Positions 26,652-40,415 of a stretch of DNA of 64,000 nt are shown here, piece by piece; the first letter of the stretch is position 1; the number at the start of each line of letters is the position of its first letter. This DNA is from Antechinus flavipes (lineage: Eukaryota): the NCBI RefSeq assembly GCF_016432865.1, contig NC_067400.1, positions 533,200,001 through 533,264,000 of the forward strand. The letters run 5' to 3'. The notes beneath the pieces were generated by a model. The model had not been told where the DNA came from. It saw only the letters and a program-made list of their open reading frames with translations, and ran no database searches. Made by a program: the position numbers and the translations under genes.

Positions 26652-27825
26652 ACAAAAAAAAAATGGATAATTTTGAGTACTCTAAATTGAAAATGTTCAT
26701 AAATATATCCATTGCAGCCAAGATTAGAAAGGAAGTAGAAAATTGGGGAATAAATTTAATAGCTAGTATTTCTGATAAAGGCTTCATCTCTAAATATAGG
26801 GGATTGACTCAAATTTATAAGAATACAAGCTATTCTCCAATTGATAAGTTGTCAAAGCATATGAACAAACAATTTTCAGATGATGAAATTAAAGCCATTT
26901 ATAGTCATATGAAAAAGTATTCTAAATCACTATTGATTAGAGAAATGCACATTAAGACAACTCAAAAGTATCTCACACTTCTCAAATTGGCTAAGATTAA
27001 AGAAAAAGATAATAATAAATGTTTTAAGGGAAGTGGGAAAACTGGGACACTATTATATCATTGGTGGAGCTGTGAACTGGTCCAACATTCTGGAGAGCAA
27101 TTTGGAATTATGCCCAAACGCTATCAAAATGTGCTATTCTTTGACTGAGCAATGTCTCTATTGGGTCTATTTTCCAAAGAAATTATAAAAGAGGAAAAAA
27201 GGACCCACAAGTACAAAAATGTTTGTAAAGACCTTTTTGTTGTGGCAAGGAACTGGAAATTGAGTGGATGCCCATCAGTTGGAAAATGGCTGAATAAGTT
27301 ATAGTATATGAATGTAATAGACTATTATTGTTCTATAAGAGATGATTAACAGGCTAATTTCAAAAAAGCCTGGAAAGAACCAAGAGAATATTGGACAAGT
27401 AACAAGATTATGTAATGATCAATTGTGATATGGCTCTTTTCAACAATGTTGTGATTCAAGGAAATTCAATCCGAATTGTGATGGAAAATTTGCATCCAGA
27501 CAAAGAACTATGGAGATTGAATGTGGATCGAAACAGTATTTTCACTTTATTGTTGATTGTTTGCTTGCTTGCTTGCTTACTTGTTTACTTTTTTTCCCAT
27601 TTTTTTTTCTTTTGATCTGATTTTTCTTCATTTTTCTTGGGCGGCTTGATGATAATGGAAATATATTTAGAAGAATTGCACATCTTTAGCCTATATTGGA
27701 TTGCTTGCTATGTTGGGGAGTGGGGAGGAAGAAAAAAAGGAAAAATTTTGGGAATCAATGTTTTCCAAAGGTAAATAATAAAAATTATCTTTGAATGTAT
27801 TTGGAAAAATAAAAACTATTTTTTA
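26652..27825 (+). mobile_element. 5'-truncated L1
   Basis: ORF 26663-27148 is an L1 ORF2 relic (SISDKGFISK..SPIDK..REMHIKTT). TSD aaaagag(a/t)tcattt at 26638-26651, repeated at the 3' side. Confidence 0.9.
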
Positions 27826-28349
27826 AAAAGAGTTTTCTTTAAAAAGAGTTCATTTTCTTTAATATAGAATAATATATAAAAAGAGTTCATTTTCTTTAAT
27901 ATAGCCAAATCCCAAACTATAAAAGAATATAATCAATTCCCTAGGAATTTGTTGTTACAATTCAATTAAATTCAACTAACATTTATTAATTACTTATTAC
28001 AAAGATCTAAATGAAATAGGCTCTGTCTTAACAATAAATCATGTTCTCTTTCAGATCCCTAATCCTATGATTACATGCTGTTGTTAATCTTTCATTTTCA
28101 AAGAAAACTAAAGACATCACAATGTTTCAGAGGATAGGTAATGTCTTGATTTTCATGTGAACTGGATTGAAATGAAGCAGCATTGCCCAAGTCACCAATG
28201 TCTCTTTCAGAGGAATACAAATCCAGTGGCAGAACAACAATCAGGATGAGAGATGATGGCTGGGATGTAGTAAATGCCTTGGTATCTTTGATATCTGACT
28301 AAGCTTTAATGTTCTGGTGTAGTCTATGAAGCCCTCTCAAAATCATACT

Positions 28350-28950
28350 TATTTGTTTATAGTATTCTATTTTTTCCAATTGCACATAGTTTTCAACATT
28401 CATATTTGCAAGATTTTGAGCTCCAAATTTTCTTTCCTCCCTTCCCTACCCAAGAGAACAAGCAATCTCATATAGTTTATGTATGTAAAATTATATTAAA
28501 CATATTTCCACATTAGTCATGTTATAGAAGAAAACTCATAACAAAAATGAAAAGCCACAAAAAAAAGAACCAAGTAAAAATAGTATGCTTAAATCTGCAT
28601 TCAGACGCCAAAGTTCTTTGTCTAAATGTGGATAGCATTTTCCTTCAAGAGTCTTTAAAACTGTCTTGGATCACTGCATTGCTAGAAGAGCTAAATTTAT
28701 AATAGATGATTATTACTCTTGTTACTGTGTATAACATTCTTCTGGCTCTGCCCACTTCACTCTTCATCTGTTCACATAAGTTTTTCTAGTTTTTTCTGAA
28801 ATCTGCCTGCTCATCATTTCTTATAGAACAACATTATATTACATAAATATGTATACATATATAATACATATATATTCACTTACATTCATATGCCAAAACT
28901 TGTTTAACCATTCCCCAGTTGATGGACATATCTTCAATTTCCATCAGAAT
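28350..28950 (-). mobile_element. L1 3' fragment
   Basis: aacattcatatttgcaagattttgagctccaaattt..ttaaccattccccagttgatggacat. Confidence 0.8.
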
Positions 28951-31900
28951 TATATTTTAAATACCTAAAATAAAATATTTAGAATTAAACTGAAATAAAG
29001 TTATCAAAAAAAAATTAAGTTTAGAGAGTCCCAGGTTAAGAATACCTGCTTTAGTAAGAATTTGTTTCAAAGTTGAAAGAGAGTTAAAACTGTTGGCAGT
29101 CAAATCCTAAGAAGTCCTAGAAGATGAACATTTTTCTTATGCATTTTCAAAAGTATTGTTTTCTATTTCTACACATAATTGTATAATATTCCAACTGTAG
29201 GAGTTAAAAAGGCTTTTATGGACTACCTAAAGAGCCTAACTACTACTCTATTTCTATGGGAAAATGCCTTCTAAAATCCAATTAATGATATAGAGAGCAG
29301 AAAAATGTTAAGTCATTTGGAGGTACCTTTATATGTCTGTACATAAAATGCATGTGTGTGTTTAAGGAAAGACTGTTGCCCCCAAAGGAAATATGGTGTT
29401 AAGAATATATACAATGTGAAGAGCACCAAAGGGGACTAACCTATTAGTTGATGCTCACTTTGGCATATCACCTGCTCAGAGATAGCAAGAATAATAGCTC
29501 ATATTTTTATATCTGAATTTTTAAAATTTAATATAAACTGTTTTCTTGCCTATTCTTTTCTTCAAGCCTCACTAAAAGCCTGTGTTACAGGTAAGATTTT
29601 CCCACTATAAGTGAGGTAACTAAAACACAGAGTGGTTAACTGATTTGCCTAAATTCATTCAGCCAATTGGTGGCTTTCAATGCATTGTTCCTTCTACCAG
29701 ACAGCAGGGTGAAAAGTTGAAATAAAGGACTTCTCTCTATAGAGCTGCTATATTTTCCCCCTGCATTTTTAAGACCGTTGCATTCTGCCAAAAGTTAAAA
29801 GTGTTTACTGTTTCTATAAAGGAGATGAGTAGATAAGTTTGCTATAATTATGCAAATAGATGGGCTATTTCTCTATTAACCTTTTCCTTGCCTTTGTTCT
29901 TTATTGTACAGGTACTCAACTTTGAAACCCAAGGCAGAAAAGGAAATTATGTAGTAGCTTCATAGATCGAGAGATGAAATCCAAACCCCTCATTTTAAAG
30001 TTGAGGAAACTGAGATCCAAGGAGTTTTGATGGCTTTTCCAAGGTCACATAAGTAGTATCAGAGGTTGATGTTGAGCCCAGATCTTACTCCACTGTATCA
30101 GACTTCCTCCTCAGATTTTTTCTTATTTGAAATTGCAGCATGGTACATACAGAAGGTAAAAACTGAAATTTGGAATCAAAAGATTTGGCTAAAAATCTAA
30201 GCTCTATTTCAGGTGGGAAAGTAATTTTTTTCTCTCTAAGCTTCAGTTTTCTCACATATAAAATGGAAGAATGATTAAATGATTTATATAATTCTTCTGT
30301 GCTCTAAATTCTACAAATCTAATCTTAGTTATAAAACTAGAATTATATTCTAATCCTATAGTCGTGACCATTTAAGAATTCTGACACATACAGGATGGTA
30401 ACTCATTAAAAGTTTTGGGTCATCTAAATTATAAGATCCAGGGCAAAAGATGAGAGTTCCATAAGAAGTCAAGGCAGGAAAGCAGAGGTCTGGTCCATAT
30501 CATCTCACCCCATTCCTCAATTTCCCTCCCCTCTTTTCCTTTAATTTATTTTTCTCTTGATACTTTTGAAATATGGAAAGAAAGAAAATTAAACTCTGCT
30601 TTACTTCATCTTCCTTTCTTTCACTTCCCAAGCTGTGTTTAATCTGTAAATGACCAAATAAAGAGTTTGCCCAGCCATTTACCTATCAACATTTCAGATT
30701 AAAAGAGACAGGTATAGAAGAGAGGAATTTGTTTTTGTTGGTTTTTCAATGCTTCCTTATACTTTATGTTTGTCATCACTGCTTGGCAGCAAAGGCAGTC
30801 CTATTTAAAGAAAAGCATCCTGGGTTCCATTTCTATCTCTGCAACTAACTAGCTGTGTGGTCTGGGGCAACTAAAATCTCATCTTTTTCATCTGTGAAAT
30901 GAGGAGAATGAAGAAAAGTTAACTAGGTAGTGATGGTGATAATGAATATGATGGTTTCTAAAACCTACCTCCTCTACTTCTAAATTTTCATTCTGGTATA
31001 AATGAAGATATGTCCTTTGCCATTAGAGTCCCAAATCCATTGTATCTGACACTTATCCTAGTCCTCCATTTCTTGCACAGCCCATCTCAGAAATTACAAA
31101 AAACAATGTGTTAAGGAAACAGCATTCTGACCAACAGTAAAGCTGGTATCTGTATCTAAGCTGAAGGGTAGTGGAGGTTAATAGTATTTTGGTCTTAGAT
31201 CTTCCTATTTAATTCTGTCATCTCTCCTTGATCTCTTTTTCCTTTCTTGCCTGATTTTAAACCTTAACCTTACATTCTTCTTGGGTAGACATTACCCCAT
31301 GCTGGACAGCAAAATTTCAGAGTCACCAGGTGGGGCACCTTCTTCTTAGGCTCTGACATTTATCACACAGGACCACTGCCCTGTGGTCCCAACAATTGCA
31401 CCTGGTTATTCTGATGATTGACACTTCTGACAGATTTAAGTTGAGAAATAAGGAAGGGACAGGACAGGAGGAGAACAAAACATTGCATATATTTTCAGGT
31501 TTATTATGTCACTGTGTTTTACTACCATAATGGCTATCTTTTTCAGGAAGAAATTATAGTAGGAGCTGGGGAATAGAAATGAGCCATCAATAAAACTTTT
31601 AAAATAAAGGAGTTAATCTCAACAAATTGTTTAGGCATAAGTTTTTATTGATGAAAAATCCAAAGTTTATTTGGATGTTCATTTGGAGGGATGCAGTGTG
31701 TTGATTTTCTCCCTAAGACTGGCTATAATTAAGAATTTGTTTTCCAGGGAATATTCAGTTCCTAAGAAAGTTTTATGGTAATGAACCATCTCAGCAGGTA
31801 TTAGCAACTACAATTTTAGGATTTTCTTACTCAACTGCTCTGAATGCTGAATATCTTATCAAAATTTAAGAGATTTGTTGGTAAGACAAATTGCTCTGAT

Positions 31901-32389
31901 ATTTTTACACTGAAAACTCACTCAAGCTCCATCTAACCTTGAATATAATTTCTTGATTGTGTTTCTATGAACCTATTTTCAAATCAAGGACTAAGTTAAG
32001 AATGTGATTACTTTTGGTAGAACTTGAAATAAAAATTCCAAGAATGTATTAAGAGCAACAAATACTTATATTTGATAGTCAGTAAATGCAAAACTCATGT
32101 TCAAAGCATAGTAGAAAATTTACACATTCTCAATAATAATTTTAATTTCCTTTTTGCATAAGGAGTGGTTGTTCATGGAAGTCCCTGATTAACTTGAAGA
32201 GTTTCTCAATCAATTTGATGAGATTAGAAGACCTGGCCAAATGTTTGAAAAAATCAGTGGGACCCTAATACATGGAAAGAAAATATGCATGTCCAGGGGC
32301 AGGGAACTTCTCAGACTAGAGATTTTCCTAGAAGCTGGACTTGCTTCCAAATTCATTGTTGTGTGCTTTCTAGAGCACCCATGCTGGGG

Positions 32390-32997
32390 TGTCAAAATAT
32401 ACCATCCAGACTAACTCTCGCAGGGGTCCTGCCAGCGGACTGATGCGGCCAGCGGGCCGATGCGGCAGCTGAGGACGATTATTCCCCTCACCCAGGGCTA
32501 TGAAGTTTCTTTATTTAAAGGCCCACAAAACAAAGTTTTTGTTTTTACTATAGTCCAGCTCTCCAACAGTCTGAGGGACAGTGAACTAGCCTATTTAAAA
32601 AGTTTGAGGACCCCTGGCAGATCTCATGATCAGCCTGAATCCTTGGTCTTAGTGGAGGAGTAAAGAGGCGAGACTCAAACATGGAATCTATTTATTCCAA
32701 ATTCTCTCAAACTAATATACCCTAATATCCTTATATAACCAAACCAACACTCTGCATGTGTTAACTATATACTGTGCATGGGGGACCACTTGCTATTGTA
32801 TGTAGATGACTCTTTGCCACTTGGTATCCCTCTGCTTCAACTACAACACAAGTTGTCATTGCCCCCTGACTTCTCAGGAAGGCTGAGAGCCCTTAGGGGA
32901 GATGGGGAGCCAAACCAGACATTGTAAGCAGGTTCCCTCTGGGCTGAAGGGTCTTATACTTCACCCAGAATTTCCCCACTATCTGTGGCCTTCTACA
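32390..32997 (-). mobile_element. Solo LTR-like element (TG..CA)
   Basis: TGT..ACA ends. Minus-strand TATATAAGG at 32729-32737 followed by AATAAA at 32691-32696, which implies a short R region. No TSD found. Confidence 0.7.
32421..32616 (-). mobile_element. OC1 (OposCharlie1)-type hAT MITE nested in the LTR
   Basis: Intact TIR agtttgaggacccctg at 32601-32616. The opposite end keeps only caggggtcct. Internal sequence matches the dasyurid OC1 MITE as I recall it. Confidence 0.85.
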
Positions 32998-35269
32998 ATT
33001 CATTTATTGATTAAGGCAAAAGACTCCCATCAGAGAAGCCATCTATTGTGTGTTTGTATATAAATTGAGATGTTCCTCTCTGTACATCTATATTTGTCTC
33101 TGTCCTTCTCCTCTTCCCTCTCCTCTAAATGTAACCATCTCTCTATTTCTCCATTTTGGTTTCAAATTGCCTGTTTTAAATTCTGTATCATGTTCTCATA
33201 TCTTCATATTGTTAACCCTATGTTTCATTAATATCCAAGCATATATGAGGCAGTGAAAAGGGTGCTGAAATATATACTTGGAATACAGTCTCTTACCTTT
33301 GCCTATTTAATCGACAGAAATTAACTATTATAACTTTTCATTAAGGGTTTGTTTTTCTTTTTTTTTTTTGCATTTTTTTGTGTGTTTAAGTTATTTTCCT
33401 TTGATCTCACAATAAATATGGAAATGGCCTCAGGGAAAGGAGCTTAAAGGTAAAAACAATCTCCAAATTAAGCATCATGAACACATTTGTATAAAACTGG
33501 ATGTGATCTCAGAAGATGTCTAGTCCAACCCCAACTTTCTCCAGATGAAGAAACTGGGTCCAAGAGAGGTGAAATGATTTCTTCAGATTAATGCATGTAG
33601 TAAGTAGAAGAGCCAGGATGCCAGTCAAGCTCTGTAACTTCAAGGGCATGGCACTTCTTGGTGTGCTACACTGCCTCTCTTCTAACAGGTATTGGGAAAA
33701 CAATGAAACAAAGACAGTCCCAAAAGAATCCCATCCTGCTACATGTTCTGGCAAAATAATTGTTCTGGCCAACAGATTGAATTATATTCAGCAATGGAAG
33801 CATTAGTAGCCATAAACTCTGGTATTTATAGTCCATCAAGAAAAATGCCATCAGAGAGGGAAAATATCCAGAGAAATCTGTAGTGACTGGAATTTCCATA
33901 TTTAATGGAAGAATTTTTTAAAAATAAGAGTAGAATCCTATTCTGTCAGACCAGTGCAGTGACCCAGGTAGGATTTATGTATAGTTCTGAGCTTCACCAC
34001 TTCCAGTGAGACAGGATATTATTCAGCCACTCTGAATCTGTGTTTCTTAAGCTACAAAATAGACTATATGTTTTTTACAGCTTCTTCAAATTCCAAATTT
34101 AATACAATTTTTTAAAATCAATTGAACCAGAGGAAAATACACATTAATCTGATGTATAAGACTTGAAGTTGGGAAAAAACTTAGATCTCATATATTCCAC
34201 CCTTCTCAACTAACATTAGTGTCAGTAACTATGGACTCTGTTGCTTGTAGTGGAATCACTGCTCACATGATACATTTCTGCTTCAAATGAATTACTAGCA
34301 AAAAGATTTTAGATTTAATGATTTTGTATGCGTTTGTACCTTCTTGACTGTGTGCTTGTTATTTATCCCCTAACTGGATATAGTCCCCTTCATGGCATAC
34401 CTTCATTGGTATCTGCACTGTCTAACACAGGGAATGTCACATAACTAGTACTCATTAAATGCCAGATGAATTTTTTTTAATTATGTCAATATTCTACAGG
34501 GAATTAATCCATCACTGGACCTGTCTGAATAACCATAAACATTTTTTCTTTCCTAATTTTCTCTAATTTTCCCCAAATTCCACAGGTGATATTTCTATAA
34601 TATCCAGAACACATAGGAATACTGAAGGAGATTTTGGGAAGTCTAATCAGGTCTTAGACAAAACAGCTTTTATCCCTTTGGGGTCTTCATGGGCTGGATT
34701 TTCTTTATAGCAAACATGGGGGAGATTGTTATCTATTTAGCCCTATGGGAAAAGTTAATAGGCAATTACCTGCCTAATGAAAAGCTGAAATCTTTTTTTG
34801 AAAAACTCATTCAGGCAGGGAAGATTGGATGGATTGATAGAGCCTGATCACCAAAAGACAGTTGGTCCTTGGCAAGAATTCTGATTTCTGCCCCTTTTGC
34901 TGCATCACTCACATTTTGTGAAATCGACCTAGACTGTCTGCTGAGGTCAATTTGTTCTGAGTTTTCCAAATTTACCAAGAGAAAAATCCAGATTCCCCTG
35001 TGGAAGCTAGCAAGTAGGATCAATAGAGCAGCCCATGGCAGGGCATAAGGTGTAGGGGCAAAAGAAAACACATGTGCAATAAAACAGATTGGGCCCCAAA
35101 GATCTCCCCGTGATATGTCTTGTGAAACCAAATGTTGTGAGCCTTGTCCCTTCACCTAAGGCTCCAGCATTCAAAATTTGTAACTGAAATGGAAAAAAGA
35201 TACTGGAGTGATGGCTCCTTCAAGAATAAAGGGTATTAGTCTAAAGCTTACAAGGAGTGTGTATGTATA

Positions 35270-35271
<2 letters not shown>

Positions 35272-35307
<36 letters not shown>
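35272..35307. repeat. (GT)n microsatellite
   Basis: Perfect TG/GT run. Confidence 0.95.
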
Positions 35308-35308
<1 letters not shown>

Positions 35309-35449
35309 TAATAACAGTAACTCACATTGATATAATACTTTAAAGTGAGCAAAAGTTACAATCAGCCTGTAGGGAGTACAGAGATTAGTAACCCCATTTT
35401 ATAGAGAAAGAAACTGAAGCTCAGAAATGCCATCAATTACTAAAAAGTT

Positions 35450-36090
35450 GTCATATATGATTGTGACAGAATACTGTTGTACATAAGAAATGATGAACTC
35501 AATTATTTTAGAAAAACATGCGGTCTTACAAGAAATAATGAAGAATAAAATGGGCAAAACCAAGAAAACATTGTATTACAGTAACAGTAATATTGTTTTA
35601 AGTATGGCATTGAATTAATAAGTTATTTTGTGTATTATAAATACTCAAATAATTATAACGGACATGTGAAGAAAGGTGCTATCTGCATCCAGAGAAAGAA
35701 CTGATAAATTTACATACAGAATAATTTAACATACATATGCCTCATATAAATGAGGCATATGTATGTTAAATTATTCTATAGGTATATATATTCTATTTAT
35801 ATGCATGTATGTGTGTGTGCATGTGCATGTGTGTATGTGTGTGTATATATATACATATATTATATATATATATATATATATATAGATGTTTCTAACAATA
35901 GCCATCTCTAAGGCATGACAGGGGAGGAAAGAAAAAAGAAATTTACGTGATAATTTTATTGTATATTTGAAAGGAATAGCAACTTCTGTATAGTAGATTT
36001 ACAATTTCACATACAATTATCTTTTTTATTGTACTATGCTATGGCAATATTTGTTTTGTTCCATAAATTAAAAATAAAATAATACTAAAA
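35450..36090 (+). mobile_element. Old L1 3' fragment, same type as 6390-6845
   Basis: ataagaaatgatgaac..gctatctgcatccagagaaagaactgataaat..ataaattaaaaataaaa. Confidence 0.75.
35718..35777. repeat. Perfect inverted repeat, 28-bp arms and 4-nt loop
   Basis: agaataatttaacatacatatgcctcat-ataa-atgaggcatatgtatgttaaattattct. Confidence 0.95.
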
Positions 36091-39000
36091 ATGCACAGTG
36101 TCTTGCAATTCATAAAGTAGTTATCAATGACAAGAACCAAGAGAGTTAGTAAGGGTTAGGACCATAGTTCTCTGATTTGATCCAAACTTTATTTCAGTGT
36201 ACCATTCTGGGGCTAGGATAAGAAAAGAGACAGATATGGTTACAGATGTGGTTCACGGATATAGCATGTCACATCATATTATAAATCACATCATAGGTAT
36301 ATCATAACTATAATATCATATCTTGGGCATATCATATCATAGATATATTATTAGGAGTAATAATGGATTTATCATGGGTATTATCCTTTGCTGGACCATT
36401 CAAAATTGAGTCTAGAATCAATTTTTATGGTACAGTGCTCATTGTATATCAATCTTTTCCACCTCTCTTCCATTCGTTTGTTCATTCTTTCAAAAAAGAA
36501 TATTCAAACAAATATTTGTTGAATGTTCATTCAAGAAGCAACATAATGTAGTAGGAAAAAATGGCTTCAGATTCAGAAGATCTTTGTTTGAATCCAACCT
36601 CTACTACTTAAATGTGGTAGTTGGACAAAATAAGGTGAGTTACTTCATGTCTTTGAATATTTTTCCTCATCTGTAAAATGATAATAATAATTGTACTATC
36701 TACCTCACATATTGTGGAGATAGAATGAAATATTGTTACAAGAATTATAACTTACTGGTGCTGCTTCTGTCAATAAGAGAAAAGCCTGTTCTCAGGTTGG
36801 GGAAGGGAAGCAAGATTAACTAGTATAATTCAAATAGATAGCTCTAGACAGGATCTGAACTTAAAGCTATTGTCATTGCTTGCTCTGGAGCTGGCATGTT
36901 TTCTGGGAGTGAAGAGACATATGGGTACTAGAACAAGGAAGTAAACTATGGCAGAAATAGACCCTCAGGTACAGTCCATGGTATGATAAGAACCTAGGAA
37001 GAGACTCAAGACAAACACTAGAGAAAGCATCACTCCCCTAAACCTCCCTGAGTCTCTCCATGCACATTTCCATGCCCATTAGTGCTCTGTCCCTTCCTTT
37101 GAATCACTACATTTCCTTTGTCCCCACTCCCCTCCAATACCAATCTCCAATGTTTCAAAATAGGTGGGGCATCAATTGTCACTGAGGTGCTATGCTTGTA
37201 TGGGGGGGGGGGGTGGAGGGGAGGATTAATATATCCACCTTGGGAGTGGGACTGTGATGAAACTACCTGGCTAGACTCAATAGATATTACCCCTCTGGAA
37301 AGCATGACTGGACCAAAGAATCACAGACTCTGACAAATGAGTAAATCTAAATATACTCCACTATCGACCTGATACCCCAGGGCTTCCTACTTTCTAAAAT
37401 GATCCATTATGAGAATATTCCAGGAAAGAATCCATGTTGTACTCTAAGGGGCCTGCAGAGTCAGTCCCTGGTGTCTTTCTTTTGTGATGAAGGAAATCAA
37501 TCAGATCTGCCTTCTAGACGAGGTAAACCCCATCCCTCAACCTTTTGCTAGAAGACCTTATCATTGTGACTGATTAAAACTGAACTAGACCAAGGTTAGT
37601 GTAACCTGAGCATGTCAAATTTGGTGGATAGCTTCTCATAGAATCATCAGCCCTTTTCTTCTTCCTATCGATCACAGGATCAAACAGCAAGCAATCTCCA
37701 TTCAGAAACTTTGACCCTAGTTATACACTCTCTCTGTGATTAATATGTGGACCTAGCCTCCTTTCTTCCTCCTTCCCCATCCTTATGGCTCTGAGTATTT
37801 CACATTCAGTTTCAGGCCTTTCACTGTGTTATTTAAAATGGGCCCACAAAAAAGGCTTATGACCTTGCAGAATTACTACACAGTGTATGTCTTCTGTGAA
37901 AATCCTCAAGTCATCAAAGCTGTCCTCATTAATTGGGACAGAAGGAAAAGAGGAAAATGGGTAATGGGATGGGAGATGAATGTTTGAGTGTTTTTTTAAT
38001 TAAGTTAAATAAGTAAATTATATTTAACTAAGTCACTTAATCTTTTAAATGGAATTGAAACATTTATTGAGTCAAATATAAACTATAACTTATAATCAAA
38101 AATAAACCATGACATGTCTCATATAACTACCCAAAACAATGAATGAATGAAGAAAAATCATTTATAAAGCACTAATTATGTGCCTGATACTGGCTAAAAA
38201 TAAGTATAAAAAATAGAAACAGGAGATAGTCTTTTCTCTTAAGGAGCTCACAATTTAATCTGAGGAAATAATACATTAGGAGGAGTTTGTTTGATTGGAG
38301 GGAAGACAGAAAAGCCCAGAAGTCCCAAAGCTTTCAACAGTGGGGTAGATGACAAGATCTTTAGGTACATTGAGAAATCATATTTCAATACCCAGACATG
38401 TGCAGGTGAAAGCAGATTAATGATCCTTCATATCTTCAGAAGGATCATTACTCTGCTACTCCCTGCCCACCCATACAATATCTATTCTATAAGAATTCGG
38501 GGACCTGAGAGTCTTTCTGAAACATAGATTCTAAGTTTCCTCAAGAAGGAGTCAATTTCAATGGGAAGGAAGAAAAGAAAGGAACCTTTGCAGGAACATT
38601 GGGGAAAAAAAGACACCAGTGGCAAGCTTGAACCTTGGAGCCTTCTGAAACCTGATGGAACAAATGTGTGGGCTGCCTCCACCTGGCTGTACTAAATGTG
38701 CTTTTGTATATAATGCAGGAGAAGGGGAAACTGTGCTCAATACATATTTTTGTACCTCAAGAAAAACAACCAGCTGATTCAAATACTGTGGTTTTGAGAA
38801 TTCTGCTAATACAAGATTAGAGGAACCCAAAATGAAACAATTCTTTGTCATATACTTAATGTATATTGTACTTAATGGCTAAACTTAAATGTATATCACC
38901 TAAGTGGTGTATTCTTACAAACCCTCAGTGCCTATCATTCCATGTCCCTGAAACATAGTGAATTTCTACTCAGCCACATGATGGTACTTCTGAACTTGTT

Positions 39001-39519
39001 CTAAATTTGCAACTCTTTATAGGGGTCATCATGTAAGATGATATATTACAGATATAATTTCTACCTAATGGATTGCAAATTCCTTGAGGAAGGTATAAGG
39101 TAACCTATATCTAAGATTTCCCTCCCTGCCATTTGTCATGCCTAGCACAGCACTCTAAACATAATAATCAAATTTTTAAAAAAATTATTATGATTCCAGA
39201 GAACTAGTCATAACAGCTACCAGCAGGAATGACCAAGAACTGAACATCTTGTTTCCAGAAGTAAGAATAACAAGGACTGTGCAGTATTCAAAAAAGATAT
39301 TATGAAGTTTGTCTTTCTATGTCAAAATAATTATTTTCTAGTTAATATGCAGGTTATTCTTCTCCTCGTAAAAGAAATGATCACCGAATTTGAAGAACAT
39401 TTTCAACTTCCTAAATTATCAAGGAGAATGAAAGATTCATTAAATAAGAATAAAACTTAAATTCAATTAATCTGGACACTCACTACCAAGTTTCAAAATT
39501 ATTGTGACAAAAATCTATA

Positions 39520-40215
39520 AGACTATTTCATTTCCCAATTGATAAATGGTCAAAGCATATGAACAGACAATTTTCAGATGATAACATTAAAGCTATCTAT
39601 AGTCATATGAAAAATGTTATAAATCTCTAAATTAGATAAATGCAAATTAAAATAATTCTGAGGTACCATCTCACAGCTCTCAGATTGGCTAAGATGACAG
39701 AAGATAATGATAAATGTTGCATGCAATGTGGGAAAATTGGGACACTAATGCATTGTTGGTAGAATTGCGAAATGATCCAATCATTCTGGAGAGCAATTTG
39801 GAACTATGACCAAAGGGCTATATAACTGTGCATACCCTTTGACTCAGCAGTGCCATTACTGCGTCTGTATCCCAAGGAAATCATAAAGCAGGGAAAAGGA
39901 CCCACATAGTGCAAAAAATGTTTGTAACTGCTCTTTATGTGGTGACAAAGAATTGGAAAATAATTAGGTGCCCAACAATGGTGGAATGGCTGAACAAGTT
40001 GTAGTGTATGAAGGTAATGGAATATTATTGTTCTAACAATAATGATGAACAGGCTGATTTTTAGAAAGGCCTGGAAAGATTTACATGAACTGATGCTGAG
40101 AGAAACAAGCAGAACCAGGAATACATTGCACATAATAACAGCAAGCATGTCCAATGATCAACTATGAAAGATTTGGTTCTTCTCAGTGGTTCAGTGATCC
40201 AAAGCAATCCCAGTA
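39520..40215 (+). mobile_element. L1 ORF2 3' relic
   Basis: caattgataaatggtcaaagcatatgaacagac..cattctggagagcaatttggaactatg. Confidence 0.9.
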
Positions 40216-40307
40216 GACATTGTCTTCTCCTACTCCTATCACTCGCACACATAAAAAAATGATATTAAAAACATCAAGGTAGCTTTTTCAACTTTGAGAT
40301 ACTTCCT

Positions 40308-40415
40308 TTTTTTAAATAACTTTTTATTGATAGAACCCATGCCAGGGTAATTTTTTACAGCATTATCCCTTGCATTCACTTCTGTTCCGACTCTTCCCCT
40401 CCCTCCCTCCACCCG
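40308..40415 (-). mobile_element. 108-bp extremely truncated young L1
   Basis: Antisense of the same 3' terminus as 2240-2349. Perfect 16-bp TSD ctttgagatacttcct at 40292-40307 and 40416-40431. Confidence 0.95.

Noticed and set aside
29881-29911. Strong plus-strand acceptor (pyrimidine tract plus tacag)
   Set aside because: No convincing donor, and the frame closes quickly into a SINE.
36760-37900. Repeat-poor, GC-richer block with ORFs 37030-37305 and 37118-37333
   Set aside because: The ORFs are driven by a poly-G tract, and there is no homology or splice structure I can support.
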